A program made the position numbers and the translations under genes. Under the pieces are notes generated by a model. It worked only from the letters and a program-made list of their open reading frames with translations. It did not search any database and was not told the DNA's origin. From NCBI GenBank assembly GCA_019058245.1, contig JAHPZJ010000020.1, positions 40,936 to 104,935 of the forward strand: a stretch of DNA of 64,000 nucleotides, given 5' to 3'. Shown in pieces: positions 40,259 through 49,349 of the stretch (its first letter is position 1; each line of letters opens with the position of its first letter). Source of the stretch: Promethearchaeota archaeon (GTDB lineage: Archaea; Asgardarchaeota; Lokiarchaeia; Sigyniarchaeales; SOKP01).

Positions 40259-40996
40259 TTATAGTGAACATATGCAATCCTCATTCTTTACAATATCAAT
40301 AATATTAAACCTTAAATCTATTAGGTTAACCATAAGAAGTTTATTTTCCAAATTAGGAAGTCCTAATGTTGTTTTTATTACTTCTAAGGCTTCTAATGTT
40401 CCTAAGATTCCAGGTGTTACCCCAATCACTGGTAAGGGCCCTATATTGGGAGGTGTTTCCATAGATGAAAAAACACATTGATAACAAGCAGAAACTTTTG
40501 GATTAATAGTTATGATTTGACCATAAAAATCTTTTATTCCCGCAATTACACATTTTATGTTATTCTCCACAGCAATTTTATTAACTAAAAATTTAGTTTT
40601 AAAATTATCACTGCAATCCACAATAAAATCATATTTTTTTTCCTTTAGGTAATTCTTGATGGAATTATCATCAATGTAATCTTTATAGATGTTAATTATG
40701 ACTTCAGAATTGAGTTTTGTTAAAACTTCTTTTGCGGATTTGACTTTTTCTATTCCAATTTGAGTTTCATTATAAAGAATTTGTCGTTGCAGATTAGAGA
40801 TATCTAAAATATCATCATCTATAATAGTAAGTTGATTTATTCCTGCGGCTACAAGGTATAATGCAAATGGACTACCTAAACCTCCACATCCAATTTGAAG
40901 GATATTTAACTTAGAAATTTTTTCTTGTCCTTTCTCTCCAATAAAGGGAGATATTATCTGCCTTGAATATCTTTCCTTTTGTTTTTCAGTTAAGAT
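40259..40996 (-). CDS. ThiF/MoeB/E1-like adenylyltransferase (245 aa), ATC start; the ORF track has only the C-terminal half
   Basis: The upstream frame reads (M)LTEKQKERYSRQI...GQEKI...IGCGGLGS...DDDILDISNLQRQ, continuing to DCSDNF, CYQC and a terminal CxxC. AGGTGA-TAATAA-ATC, with in-frame stops directly before ATC. Confidence 0.88.
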   Translation of the reverse strand: MLTEKQKERYSRQIISPFIGEKGQEKISKLNILQIGCGGLGSPFALYLVAAGINQLTIIDDDILDISNLQRQILYNETQIGIEKVKSAKEVLTKLNSEVIINIYKDYIDDNSIKNYLKEKKYDFIVDCSDNFKTKFLVNKIAVENNIKCVIAGIKDFYGQIITINPKVSACYQCVFSSMETPPNIGPLPVIGVTPGILGTLEALEVIKTTLGLPNLENKLLMVNLIDLRFNIIDIVKNEDCICSL

Positions 40997-41376
40997 TTAT
41001 TATCACCTGTTATGATATTTTTTATATTTTTAATACTTTCTTCAATTTCGATAAAAATTAACCCTAAATTTGTATCATTTTCAATTAAGGAAACATTAAT
41101 CATTTTATCATCTATTCCTACGATTATTAACTTAAAATCCTGATAATCTACTGTCAGATTCTTGATCTGGTTTTGTTCAAAACTTGATGTAACCGTTTCA
41201 ATCGCTTCAAACATGGTTGCAGCTAGAGCTCCAATTTTTCTCTCATCAATATCTCTTGGTAAATTTGATGAGACTAATAAACCGTTTCGATGTACTATGG
41301 CATTACCTATAATTTCATTAAAATTTTTTAATCTCTCTAATTCTTTTGTGAGGTTTTTGATTATTAAGTTATTCAA
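40990..41376 (-). CDS. Roadblock/LC7 (MglB-like) domain protein
   Basis: IIGNAIVHRNGLLVSSNLP..IDERKIGALAATM...NLGLIFIE. Confidence 0.88.
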   Translation of the reverse strand: MNNLIIKNLTKELERLKNFNEIIGNAIVHRNGLLVSSNLPRDIDERKIGALAATMFEAIETVTSSFEQNQIKNLTVDYQDFKLIIVGIDDKMINVSLIENDTNLGLIFIEIEESIKNIKNIITGDNKS

Positions 41377-41493
41377 CTAAGTTCAAATTTAGATTATAAT
41401 TTTCTTATCAATATGATAAAAATACAATTCAATATAAAAAAGTTGAAATTAGAAAATTAAACACTTTTGTTTATTACTTTAGAAGTGATATAC

Positions 41494-41694
41494 TTATCTA
41501 TAAAAAGATTTCTTTCCATTAAAAGCACGGTATCTATTACGCCAACTTGGTTGTCGTAATTTTGCTGTATGCCCAAAACCACAACTAGCACAAAACTTTT
41601 TACGTCGATGATAAGAATGTTTCCCACATCTTCTACAAGTTTTATGAGATGATGCTTTATTTTTTTTTCCCTTACTTGGTGTACCCTTTCCCAT
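41494..41694 (-). CDS. rpl37e: 50S ribosomal protein L37e
   Basis: MGKGTPSKGKKN...CRRCGKHSYH...CASCGFG. Confidence 0.97.
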   Translation of the reverse strand: MGKGTPSKGKKNKASSHKTCRRCGKHSYHRRKKFCASCGFGHTAKLRQPSWRNRYRAFNGKKSFYR

Positions 41695-41714
41695 TTTTAA
41701 CTATCTCCTCTTAT

Positions 41715-42023
41715 TTATATATCTTCAAATTCTTCTCGATACATTAGTTTTTCTTCATCATTATGGGCAAATATAAGTTTTTCCCGATCTTGACCTATGA
41801 ATATTATTGAGGCACCCCGAATCATAACAGTTCCTAAATCCTTACTCCTTTTCCCGCCTCGACCAAAATAAATTTCTTTTGCTTCTTCAACAATTAAATT
41901 CATGTAATTATCAAATTTAACTAACTTCCCTGTTAAGTATGTATTCCATATTTTTAATTTGATTCGAACTTTATCTTTTAAAATAGCTTTACTTAAAGTA
42001 CGAGAAATCGCGGGTTGAGACAT
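41715..42023 (-). CDS. Sm/LSm-like protein (SmAP)
   Basis: Sm1 GKLVKFDNYMNLIV, Sm2 LGTVMIRG; canonical archaeal position upstream of rpl37e. Confidence 0.9.
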   Translation of the reverse strand: MSQPAISRTLSKAILKDKVRIKLKIWNTYLTGKLVKFDNYMNLIVEEAKEIYFGRGGKRSKDLGTVMIRGASIIFIGQDREKLIFAHNDEEKLMYREEFEDI

Positions 42024-42155
42024 TGAAATAAAACATCTTAAAATAATTCTTAATATAAGGATTAAATAGAAGGATTAAATAAATATTTTTTTAAATATTT
42101 AAGAATTTAGAAAAATAAGAGTTTTACATAAAAATTTATTTCACGTGGCATATAT

Positions 42156-43193
42156 ATGGTAAAAATTGCTTATTTTGACGCTTGCATAGAAACTCCAGAA
42201 GAGATTTTGGTTGCTGCAGATATAACTCCTATTAGACTCTTTGGCAATCCAATGATTGGAATTGACGAAGCAAATGAGCATATTCCTCCAAATCATTGTG
42301 TTTGGGCAAGAAATATTCTTCAGCAAGCATTAAAAGGACTTAGTCAAGATATTAAAGGTATTATTGCAACCCATGGATGCGATTGTACCAATCGTGAATT
42401 TGATATTTGGTTAGAGTCTGTAAATTTGGAATTTTTCTATTTCCTAAACGCTCCTTTAAAGCGAGATAATGCAGCTTTAAAATTTTTTATGGATGATATT
42501 AAAGAATTAATCATTCAATTAGAGGATAAATTTAATGTGAATATAACTACCGAAAAAATTAATAGAGCTATAAAAGAAATGAACTATATTAGAGATTTAC
42601 TAAGAGAAATCTCGAAATATAGAGAAAGAATGATTTTATCAAGTTCAATTTTTCATGATCTTGTTAAAAATGTGCAACAAATGGAAAAGGATAAAGCTAA
42701 AGAAATGTTAGAATCAAAACTTAATGAGTTAAAAACAACAAAATCATCTTTAGATAAAAAGATGAAAAAGATTCTATTGACAGGATCAGTAATAGATGAT
42801 ACAGAATTCATTAAATTTCTTGAAAACCTTAAATATCATATAATTATTGATGATCTCTGTATTGGAACAAAATACTTCTGGAATAATGTAGATGAGACAG
42901 ATGATCCTATTAGAGCACTAGCGAAATATCATTTAAATAAACCAATATATTCAACTAAATTTCCATCTTATGAACGATTCAAAACACTCAAAACCTTAGC
43001 TGAACAGTACAATGTTGATGGTATAATAAATATAGCTCAAAAGTTTTGTGAACCCGTTTTATATTCACATCCTTATTTTAGTAAAAAGTTTAGGGAATTA
43101 GGAATTCCCTATTTATTCGTTGAGATGGAATATAATCGTGAATCTTATAGACAATTAACAACCAGGTTTGAAGCATTCGCAGAAATGATTTAA
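42156..43193 (+). CDS. 2-hydroxyacyl-CoA dehydratase / benzoyl-CoA reductase family subunit
   Basis: PEEILVAA, HGCDC, DDLCIG, KFCEP, TRFEAFAEM. Confidence 0.88.
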   Translation: MVKIAYFDACIETPEEILVAADITPIRLFGNPMIGIDEANEHIPPNHCVWARNILQQALKGLSQDIKGIIATHGCDCTNREFDIWLESVNLEFFYFLNAPLKRDNAALKFFMDDIKELIIQLEDKFNVNITTEKINRAIKEMNYIRDLLREISKYRERMILSSSIFHDLVKNVQQMEKDKAKEMLESKLNELKTTKSSLDKKMKKILLTGSVIDDTEFIKFLENLKYHIIIDDLCIGTKYFWNNVDETDDPIRALAKYHLNKPIYSTKFPSYERFKTLKTLAEQYNVDGIINIAQKFCEPVLYSHPYFSKKFRELGIPYLFVEMEYNRESYRQLTTRFEAFAEMI

Positions 43194-43208
43194 AGGAGGA
43201 AAAGAAAA

Positions 43209-44468
43209 ATGTCAAAAGTTAAAACTGATGGTAAGATGTTGAATGCTACAAATAAATTAAAGAATGAAATGGGGAGACATTATTTAGCTATTGAACAAGC
43301 CTATAGAGAGGGTAAACCTACTGCATGGGCTACAGCAGGGACACCTGTGGAATTATTATATGCTATGGACGTACAACCGATGTTACCTGAAAATTCAGCT
43401 ACTGTTTCAGCTGCTTTGAGTAAATCTCAAAATTTTATCGAATTAGCGGAGGATGAAGGATTCTCTTATGATTTATGTTCATATTTTAAGACGAATGTTG
43501 GAGCTGTATTAAGTAATGCAGAGATGAATGTAGGTGGGACTAGAAAACCTACTTTTATGTTATCCAGTGATGTAATTTGTGATACCCATGTTAATTGGTT
43601 TCAAGTTCAAGCGGAAAGATTAAATGTTCCTCATTTTACCATTGATGTTCCACACGTTGTGAGTAATACAACCAATCGACAGAGGGATTATTTCAAAAAA
43701 TATATAGCAGAACAGCTTTGGGAATTGTTAGATTTTATAACTGAATTAACAGGTACGGAATACAACCCAGAAAAAGGATATAAAATTGCACTCAATTCAT
43801 ATGAACTTGGAAAGATATGGCAAGATATTTATGAGTTAAGAAAAAATATCCCTTGTCCTGTTTCTACCAGAGACACGTTTGGAGGTTTATTTCCACTATT
43901 CACTATGCCTGGTTTAAAATCTCCGATCAGATTATATAAAAAAATGTATGAAGAAGCGAAAGAACGTGTTGATAATGGAATAGGGGCGCTAAAACAAGAA
44001 GATTTTAGATTAGCATTCATGGGAATTCCCTTTTGGTATAATCTTCGTTTTTTTTCAAATTTAGAAAAATGGAATGCTATTATAGTTTTTGAAACCTATG
44101 TTTATGCATTTAGTAAATTTGCTAATCCAAATATAACAAAGGAAATAGTGATCAATTATCCTATAGAAACGATGGCTGAATTAGCTTTAAGTTTTTGGTA
44201 CATTTATGATCTGAAAACAAGATTCGAAAAACTTAAAGAAACAGTGAAGGATTGGAAAATAGATGGCATTATAATGCATGATAACCTTTCATGTCGTCCT
44301 AATGCCTGTGGAATGTATGATTTAAAACGAAAATTAATGGAAGAATCCGATATTCCTTCACTTGTTATAACAAGCGATATGAATGATCCACGTAAAATGA
44401 ATGAGACTCAAGTACTCAATCAAATTGAAAGTTTTATGGAAATTCTCCGAAAAAGAAAAAAAAGATGA
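43209..44468 (+). CDS. 2-hydroxyacyl-CoA dehydratase / benzoyl-CoA reductase family subunit
   Basis: PVELLYAMD, LPEN, DLCSY, VICD...WF, SCRP, SDMNDPR, IESFME. Confidence 0.88.
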   Translation: MSKVKTDGKMLNATNKLKNEMGRHYLAIEQAYREGKPTAWATAGTPVELLYAMDVQPMLPENSATVSAALSKSQNFIELAEDEGFSYDLCSYFKTNVGAVLSNAEMNVGGTRKPTFMLSSDVICDTHVNWFQVQAERLNVPHFTIDVPHVVSNTTNRQRDYFKKYIAEQLWELLDFITELTGTEYNPEKGYKIALNSYELGKIWQDIYELRKNIPCPVSTRDTFGGLFPLFTMPGLKSPIRLYKKMYEEAKERVDNGIGALKQEDFRLAFMGIPFWYNLRFFSNLEKWNAIIVFETYVYAFSKFANPNITKEIVINYPIETMAELALSFWYIYDLKTRFEKLKETVKDWKIDGIIMHDNLSCRPNACGMYDLKRKLMEESDIPSLVITSDMNDPRKMNETQVLNQIESFMEILRKRKKR

Positions 44469-44472
44469 TTAT

Positions 44473-44817
44473 TCAATTAGCAATTTTTACGTGAGCATTA
44501 GGAGTAACTATTAAATAATTTTCACCAAGTCTTCCCATACTCCCCCCATTTTCTCTCAAAAATGATTTTAATTCTTCTATACCTTTTTTAAGTTCTGAAA
44601 GATCAACAGTTTCAAGAATTTCCTTCGCATTTATAATCAATATTTTTCTCTTTAATAATTGGTTTTTAATATCTTCTATTTGATTAAGATTAGTAAAATC
44701 ATATTTTCTTACTATAAAATTTTGAAGTAATGAAGAATATTCTTTAGAAAAACCCATTGTTTCTTGTGGTGTGCCTAAAAGCTCATAATCTTCCTTTTTT
44801 CCCCATAGTCTACCCAT
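44473..44817 (-). CDS. sepF: Cell division protein SepF (archaeal type)
   Basis: ELKKGIEELKSFLRENGGSMGRLGENYLIVTP C-terminal signature; likely start ATG 44817. Confidence 0.75.
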   Translation of the reverse strand: MGRLWGKKEDYELLGTPQETMGFSKEYSSLLQNFIVRKYDFTNLNQIEDIKNQLLKRKILIINAKEILETVDLSELKKGIEELKSFLRENGGSMGRLGENYLIVTPNAHVKIAN

Positions 44818-44990
44818 ATATGCTACCACACATTTTTTATAATATTCGTCTAAAGTTCTTCTATCCTGTGTATAATTAATCTCTAAGAAACATAAATAGA
44901 AGAAATATTGGGATGTATATCGGGATAATACATAGAACACCTTGCATTTTAGGAAAAGTTTTTATTATTATATTTACCATTTTTTTAAAT

Positions 44991-45527
44991 ATGGAATTAG
45001 TGAAAAATGATTTCATAGATTTTATAAAAAAAAGGAAAAGTATTAGGAGCTTTATTTATCAAAAAATTGATAAACAAACAATAATTAATATTTTGGAATG
45101 TGCTCAATGGGCCCCATCTGGAAATAATAGCCAACCATGGCGAGTTTGTGTGGTAACCCATCCCACTGTTAAAAGAATGCTTTCAGAGCTTTCTAAATAT
45201 GGTGGTATTATTGAAGAAGCTTATGTTAATTTAGTTATATTTCTGGATCTTGAAAGGGGATATGATAGAGTTAAAGATATACAAGCAATTGGAGCTTTTA
45301 TGCAAAATATTCTTTTGGGTATATATGCACAGGAAGACTTAGGGGGCGTTTGGATTGGAGAAATTTTAAATCAGAAAGAAGAAGTTAATGAGATATTTAA
45401 ATTTCCTACAGATAAGTTTGAATTGATGGGACTTATTGTTTTTGGACACATCGATGAAGCAAGAGAAAAAGCACACGCAAAAGAAAGGAATAGACGTCCT
45501 TTAGATGATTTTATTGATTGGTATTAA
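44991..45527 (+). CDS. Nitroreductase family protein
   Basis: IKKRKSIRSF, WAPSGNNSQPW, MQNILL, LGGVWIG; ATG 44991. Confidence 0.92.
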   Translation: MELVKNDFIDFIKKRKSIRSFIYQKIDKQTIINILECAQWAPSGNNSQPWRVCVVTHPTVKRMLSELSKYGGIIEEAYVNLVIFLDLERGYDRVKDIQAIGAFMQNILLGIYAQEDLGGVWIGEILNQKEEVNEIFKFPTDKFELMGLIVFGHIDEAREKAHAKERNRRPLDDFIDWY

Positions 45528-45548
45528 TTGTACATTTAAACGATAATT

Positions 45549-46880
45549 TTATTTCTCCTTCCTTGTTACTTTAATATCTATAGTTTCGCTAAGATAAGGA
45601 TTTAGAAGCTTAATTCCTATTATAAAGAAAAGTATTAAAGACCATTCAACTATAATTGATATTATAAAAGGCGCTTGAGGACTGATTGATTCCCACATAA
45701 TTCCACCTATCAATGGGCCTATAATCATTCCGAGTGATTCAAAAAGGGTAATAAAGCCAAAAATCTTTCCACGATGTTTAATAGAGACCCGACTTAAAAA
45801 ATTCACAAAAACGAAACTAACAGTTAGCATTATTGTATTATCAATGATAAGTAAAATAGCAAAAATCCATAAATTTCCAGAATTTATAATTAACCATGTT
45901 ACTACACCTCCTAAGAAACTTGCTATCGCAATAGTCAGAAAAGTATTCAATTTATCTGCTAATGTTCCCAATTTGGGAGCAAGTAAAGCACCGAGTAATG
46001 ATGTTGGCAAGTAGAACCATGCCACTAATTCTGCATTTCTATTAATATTTTCAAGTACATAAGTCTGAATATATGGACGGTATAATCCAGAATTAATTGA
46101 GGATAAAAGAAATCCCGTGAATAATAAAAAAATTCCTAAAAAGTATAATAAATTTATTGGTTTTTTTGAAGATTTCTTAATGTTTTCTAATACAGGTTTA
46201 ATTGTTCCATTAATTTCTTCCTGTGGATATTCAAATTTTTGATTTTCATCTACTTTTCTTGAAAATTGAATACCCGCATAAATATTAGAGAATCCAAATA
46301 AAGGAATCGCTCCATAAATTAAAAAAGTATTATTTGGAGCTAAATAATTTGATAAGCTAAAAACTGAAAATCCAATTATTGTTCCAAGTAACATACCAAT
46401 ACCTAAAAAAAATCTCCTCTTTCCAAAAGCAGAAGATCGATGATATTTCGAAGATTTTTCTGAGATTATAGCATCTAACGGAGGCCAGAAAATATAGGCT
46501 CCGAAACCTAAAAGAAACGCACTTATATACATACCTATTAGAGACTGTAAAATTATAGATATATATAATACAAAATATGAAAAACCTCTTCCAAATGAAC
46601 CAATCATAACTAAAATTCGCTTAGAAAAGCGATCTGTCAAATATCCAATGAAACTTGAACTAATTAATCCTCCAAATGTAATAGCCGAAAAGAATAGTCC
46701 TACATTATAAGCAGGATATCCTAAAACTAAATAAATATAATAATTCATTATAAACTCTATGAAAAAGAAACCAAGAGAATTCCATAAAACAATAAATATT
46801 ACTGAGTTGAAATCTGAAGTGAATTTGTGATGATCTGGAACTATTAACTTTTTTCTTTTTTTCAAAATTAAACTCATAAT
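45549..46880 (-). CDS. MFS transporter
   Basis: GYLTDRFSKR motif A, LGTLADK, IIGPLIGG; about 12 TM helices. Confidence 0.9.
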   Translation of the reverse strand: MMSLILKKRKKLIVPDHHKFTSDFNSVIFIVLWNSLGFFFIEFIMNYYIYLVLGYPAYNVGLFFSAITFGGLISSSFIGYLTDRFSKRILVMIGSFGRGFSYFVLYISIILQSLIGMYISAFLLGFGAYIFWPPLDAIISEKSSKYHRSSAFGKRRFFLGIGMLLGTIIGFSVFSLSNYLAPNNTFLIYGAIPLFGFSNIYAGIQFSRKVDENQKFEYPQEEINGTIKPVLENIKKSSKKPINLLYFLGIFLLFTGFLLSSINSGLYRPYIQTYVLENINRNAELVAWFYLPTSLLGALLAPKLGTLADKLNTFLTIAIASFLGGVVTWLIINSGNLWIFAILLIIDNTIMLTVSFVFVNFLSRVSIKHRGKIFGFITLFESLGMIIGPLIGGIMWESISPQAPFIISIIVEWSLILFFIIGIKLLNPYLSETIDIKVTRKEK

Positions 46881-47095
46881 ATTAATAAGATAAATAGTCA
46901 ATAGCAAAAAAAGCTTGTTAATAATCTGATCTTGTGATAAATTTATCTAATGCTATTTTTATTATATACTTCCTATTTTCTTCACTTCAAATGTTGGAAA
47001 AGCGTCCCACATATTCATTTACATATATTCTAACAATTATTTAGAAAATATCATAATAATAGGATAATCTTATAATTAATAAAATAGTCTTTGTG

Positions 47096-47749
47096 TCATA
47101 ACCAAAAGTGGATTATTGGTGAAAAAGTTTCTCCCAACCAATAGAAAAATCTTATCCAATAAATATAAGTAAATCCTAAATATAAAAACGCATAAAGTAT
47201 GGCAAAAATAAATCCGAAGATAACATCAATCGGGAAATGGACACCGAGTATTAATCTTGTAATTGCCATTAAAATATCCAATAGGATAAAAATAGATAGA
47301 ATAACCCAAAAAAATTGAGAAAAATAATATGCAAAAACAAACCCAAAAAATAACAAAAATGTTACATGACCAGAGGGAAATGATTGTTTTTCGGATTCTT
47401 TCATTATGTACGGAATTCTGATGAAATCATCATGTTTTTTCACCCCATTTTCTTTAAGCGTAATGAATGGGCGGTTTCTCTTTATTATTTTGTAGCGAAT
47501 AAGACTATGGATTATAACGCTTTGTTCAAAACCTCCTGTAAAGAATACTAATAAGTAATAATCTTTTGTAATATATCCATAAATAAACCAACTTAACCAA
47601 ACAATCCCCCAAAAATATAATGAACCGAAAAAACCATACACAATAGCAAATTTTTTAGTTCTCCTACTAAAATCACTTTCATAGACACTTAAAAAAGCTC
47701 TTTTATCCCAAGCTTCTAATTTTTCAAGATATTCTGATAAACTTGACAT
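47096..47749 (-). CDS. PAP2-family membrane phosphatase
   Basis: KRNRP, SFPSGH, TRLILGVHFPIDV. Confidence 0.92.
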   Translation of the reverse strand: MSSLSEYLEKLEAWDKRAFLSVYESDFSRRTKKFAIVYGFFGSLYFWGIVWLSWFIYGYITKDYYLLVFFTGGFEQSVIIHSLIRYKIIKRNRPFITLKENGVKKHDDFIRIPYIMKESEKQSFPSGHVTFLLFFGFVFAYYFSQFFWVILSIFILLDILMAITRLILGVHFPIDVIFGFIFAILYAFLYLGFTYIYWIRFFYWLGETFSPIIHFWL

Positions 47750-48107
47750 TTTTAAATTGTTAATCTTATTTGAGGCAGGATTTAGATAAAGATCATAATT
47801 TGATATTTATAGTTTTTGCTACTCCTAATCTTATTGGAAGATTTTATTATTCATAATCTTATTAGTATTATTTTTAAAGTTAATGCGAATTTGAAAAACA
47901 ATAAAAAGCAAATGAGTAATAGAAAGATCATTCATAAAATATCATAAGTCAATAAAATGCTGATTTTTTAATTTTAAAGATTTCATAATGTCTTTAGATA
48001 TTCAACCGCTAGGTAGAATCAACAATACATATATATATGAGTATTTATTTAATAAAAATAAAGTTAATTCATCTTTCTAAAAATTTAATTATTTCAAGGT
48101 GATATTA

Positions 48108-48620
48108 ATGATTGAAAATTCTGGGTTTTCTGATGAAAATTTAAGAAAAATTGCCGCACAAAAAGTGAGTTATAGGTTTTCTGTTAAGATGCATGTTATT
48201 ATTTATATTACAATTAACTTATTACTTATTCTAATAAATGTTCTTTATACACCTTTATTTTATTGGTTTATTTTTCCATTATTTTCGTGGTTAATAGGAG
48301 TTAGTATGCACGTTACAGGTTATATTTTATATGCACGAGGAGTTTATCCAATGGCTAAGCGAGGGGTGATTTTACATATTGTGTCCTTTATTTCTGTAAT
48401 ATTATTTTTATATATTATAAATATTTTTACTCTAGAGGGCCTTTATTGGGCGAATTTTCCTGCAATTTTCTGGGGTATAGCTGTTATTATACATTTAGTT
48501 TTATATTTACAATTTTTTAGTAAAAAAGTTGAAAAAACCGGAAAACAATTATCAAAAAAAGAGCGAGCGATTGAAAAAGAATTAGAAAAGATGAGAAAAA
48601 AACAACGTAGAAATATTTAG
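48108..48620 (+). CDS. 2TM-domain membrane protein
   Basis: Two copies of H...Y/F...IN...W..FP...W.I...H; ends AIEKELEKM; AGGTGA 5 nt before ATG. Confidence 0.78.
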   Translation: MIENSGFSDENLRKIAAQKVSYRFSVKMHVIIYITINLLLILINVLYTPLFYWFIFPLFSWLIGVSMHVTGYILYARGVYPMAKRGVILHIVSFISVILFLYIINIFTLEGLYWANFPAIFWGIAVIIHLVLYLQFFSKKVEKTGKQLSKKERAIEKELEKMRKKQRRNI

Positions 48621-48632
48621 ATTAGGTATAAA

Positions 48633-49250
48633 ATGTGGTTGGGCAAATTTCTGAATCTTGAGGATGACATTGAAGAACTCAGTTCTTTGATAAAGAAAGA
48701 ATTACTTAAAAGCCTTCAAAAGAATAAACTTACTCCACTTGAATTTACTATTATTGAGACTATTTTTAATAGTCAACAACTTTCAGGGTATGATTTAATT
48801 AAAAATTTGAATAGACATTTTGCAGGAACGTGGGAAGCACGTTCTGGAACAGTATACCCAATATTAAGAAAATTAGAAAAAGATGGATTTTTAAAAGCTA
48901 AGCAAGTAAAAAGTCCAATAGGACCTTTAAGAAAAGTATATTCTCTAACTGAAGTAGGAGAACAATTATTAAAATATAAGGTAAATAAAAATTATTATGA
49001 ACAACTCAAATTTGTTGAAAATTTTCTAGTTGAACTTTCTTCTATTTTTATACATTCTTTCCCGGATCAAGAAAAAAGCAAAAAAATTATAGATATACAG
49101 CATGCTCTTGGTGAAACTTTTAAAAATGTTATGCAAAATATTCCTCCGACTTTAGATTTTAAAATTATGTGTACTAAATGTGGATCTGAAATAGGTCGAG
49201 AAGTTGCTTACTGCCCAAACTGTGGAGAATCCTTATTCCAGGAGAATTAA
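48633..49250 (+). CDS. PadR-family regulator with a C-terminal zinc ribbon
   Basis: SGYDLIK, GTVYPILRKLEKDG, RKVYSLTEVG; CTKCG...CPNCG. Confidence 0.9.
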   Translation: MWLGKFLNLEDDIEELSSLIKKELLKSLQKNKLTPLEFTIIETIFNSQQLSGYDLIKNLNRHFAGTWEARSGTVYPILRKLEKDGFLKAKQVKSPIGPLRKVYSLTEVGEQLLKYKVNKNYYEQLKFVENFLVELSSIFIHSFPDQEKSKKIIDIQHALGETFKNVMQNIPPTLDFKIMCTKCGSEIGREVAYCPNCGESLFQEN

Positions 49251-49349
49251 GATGATAAGTAAGTATAACTTTTTAAAAAAAATTTAAGTTCTATACATCT
49301 TATTATGATTTAATTAGTAATTAAGGATTTATCATAAATAGTGATTTTT

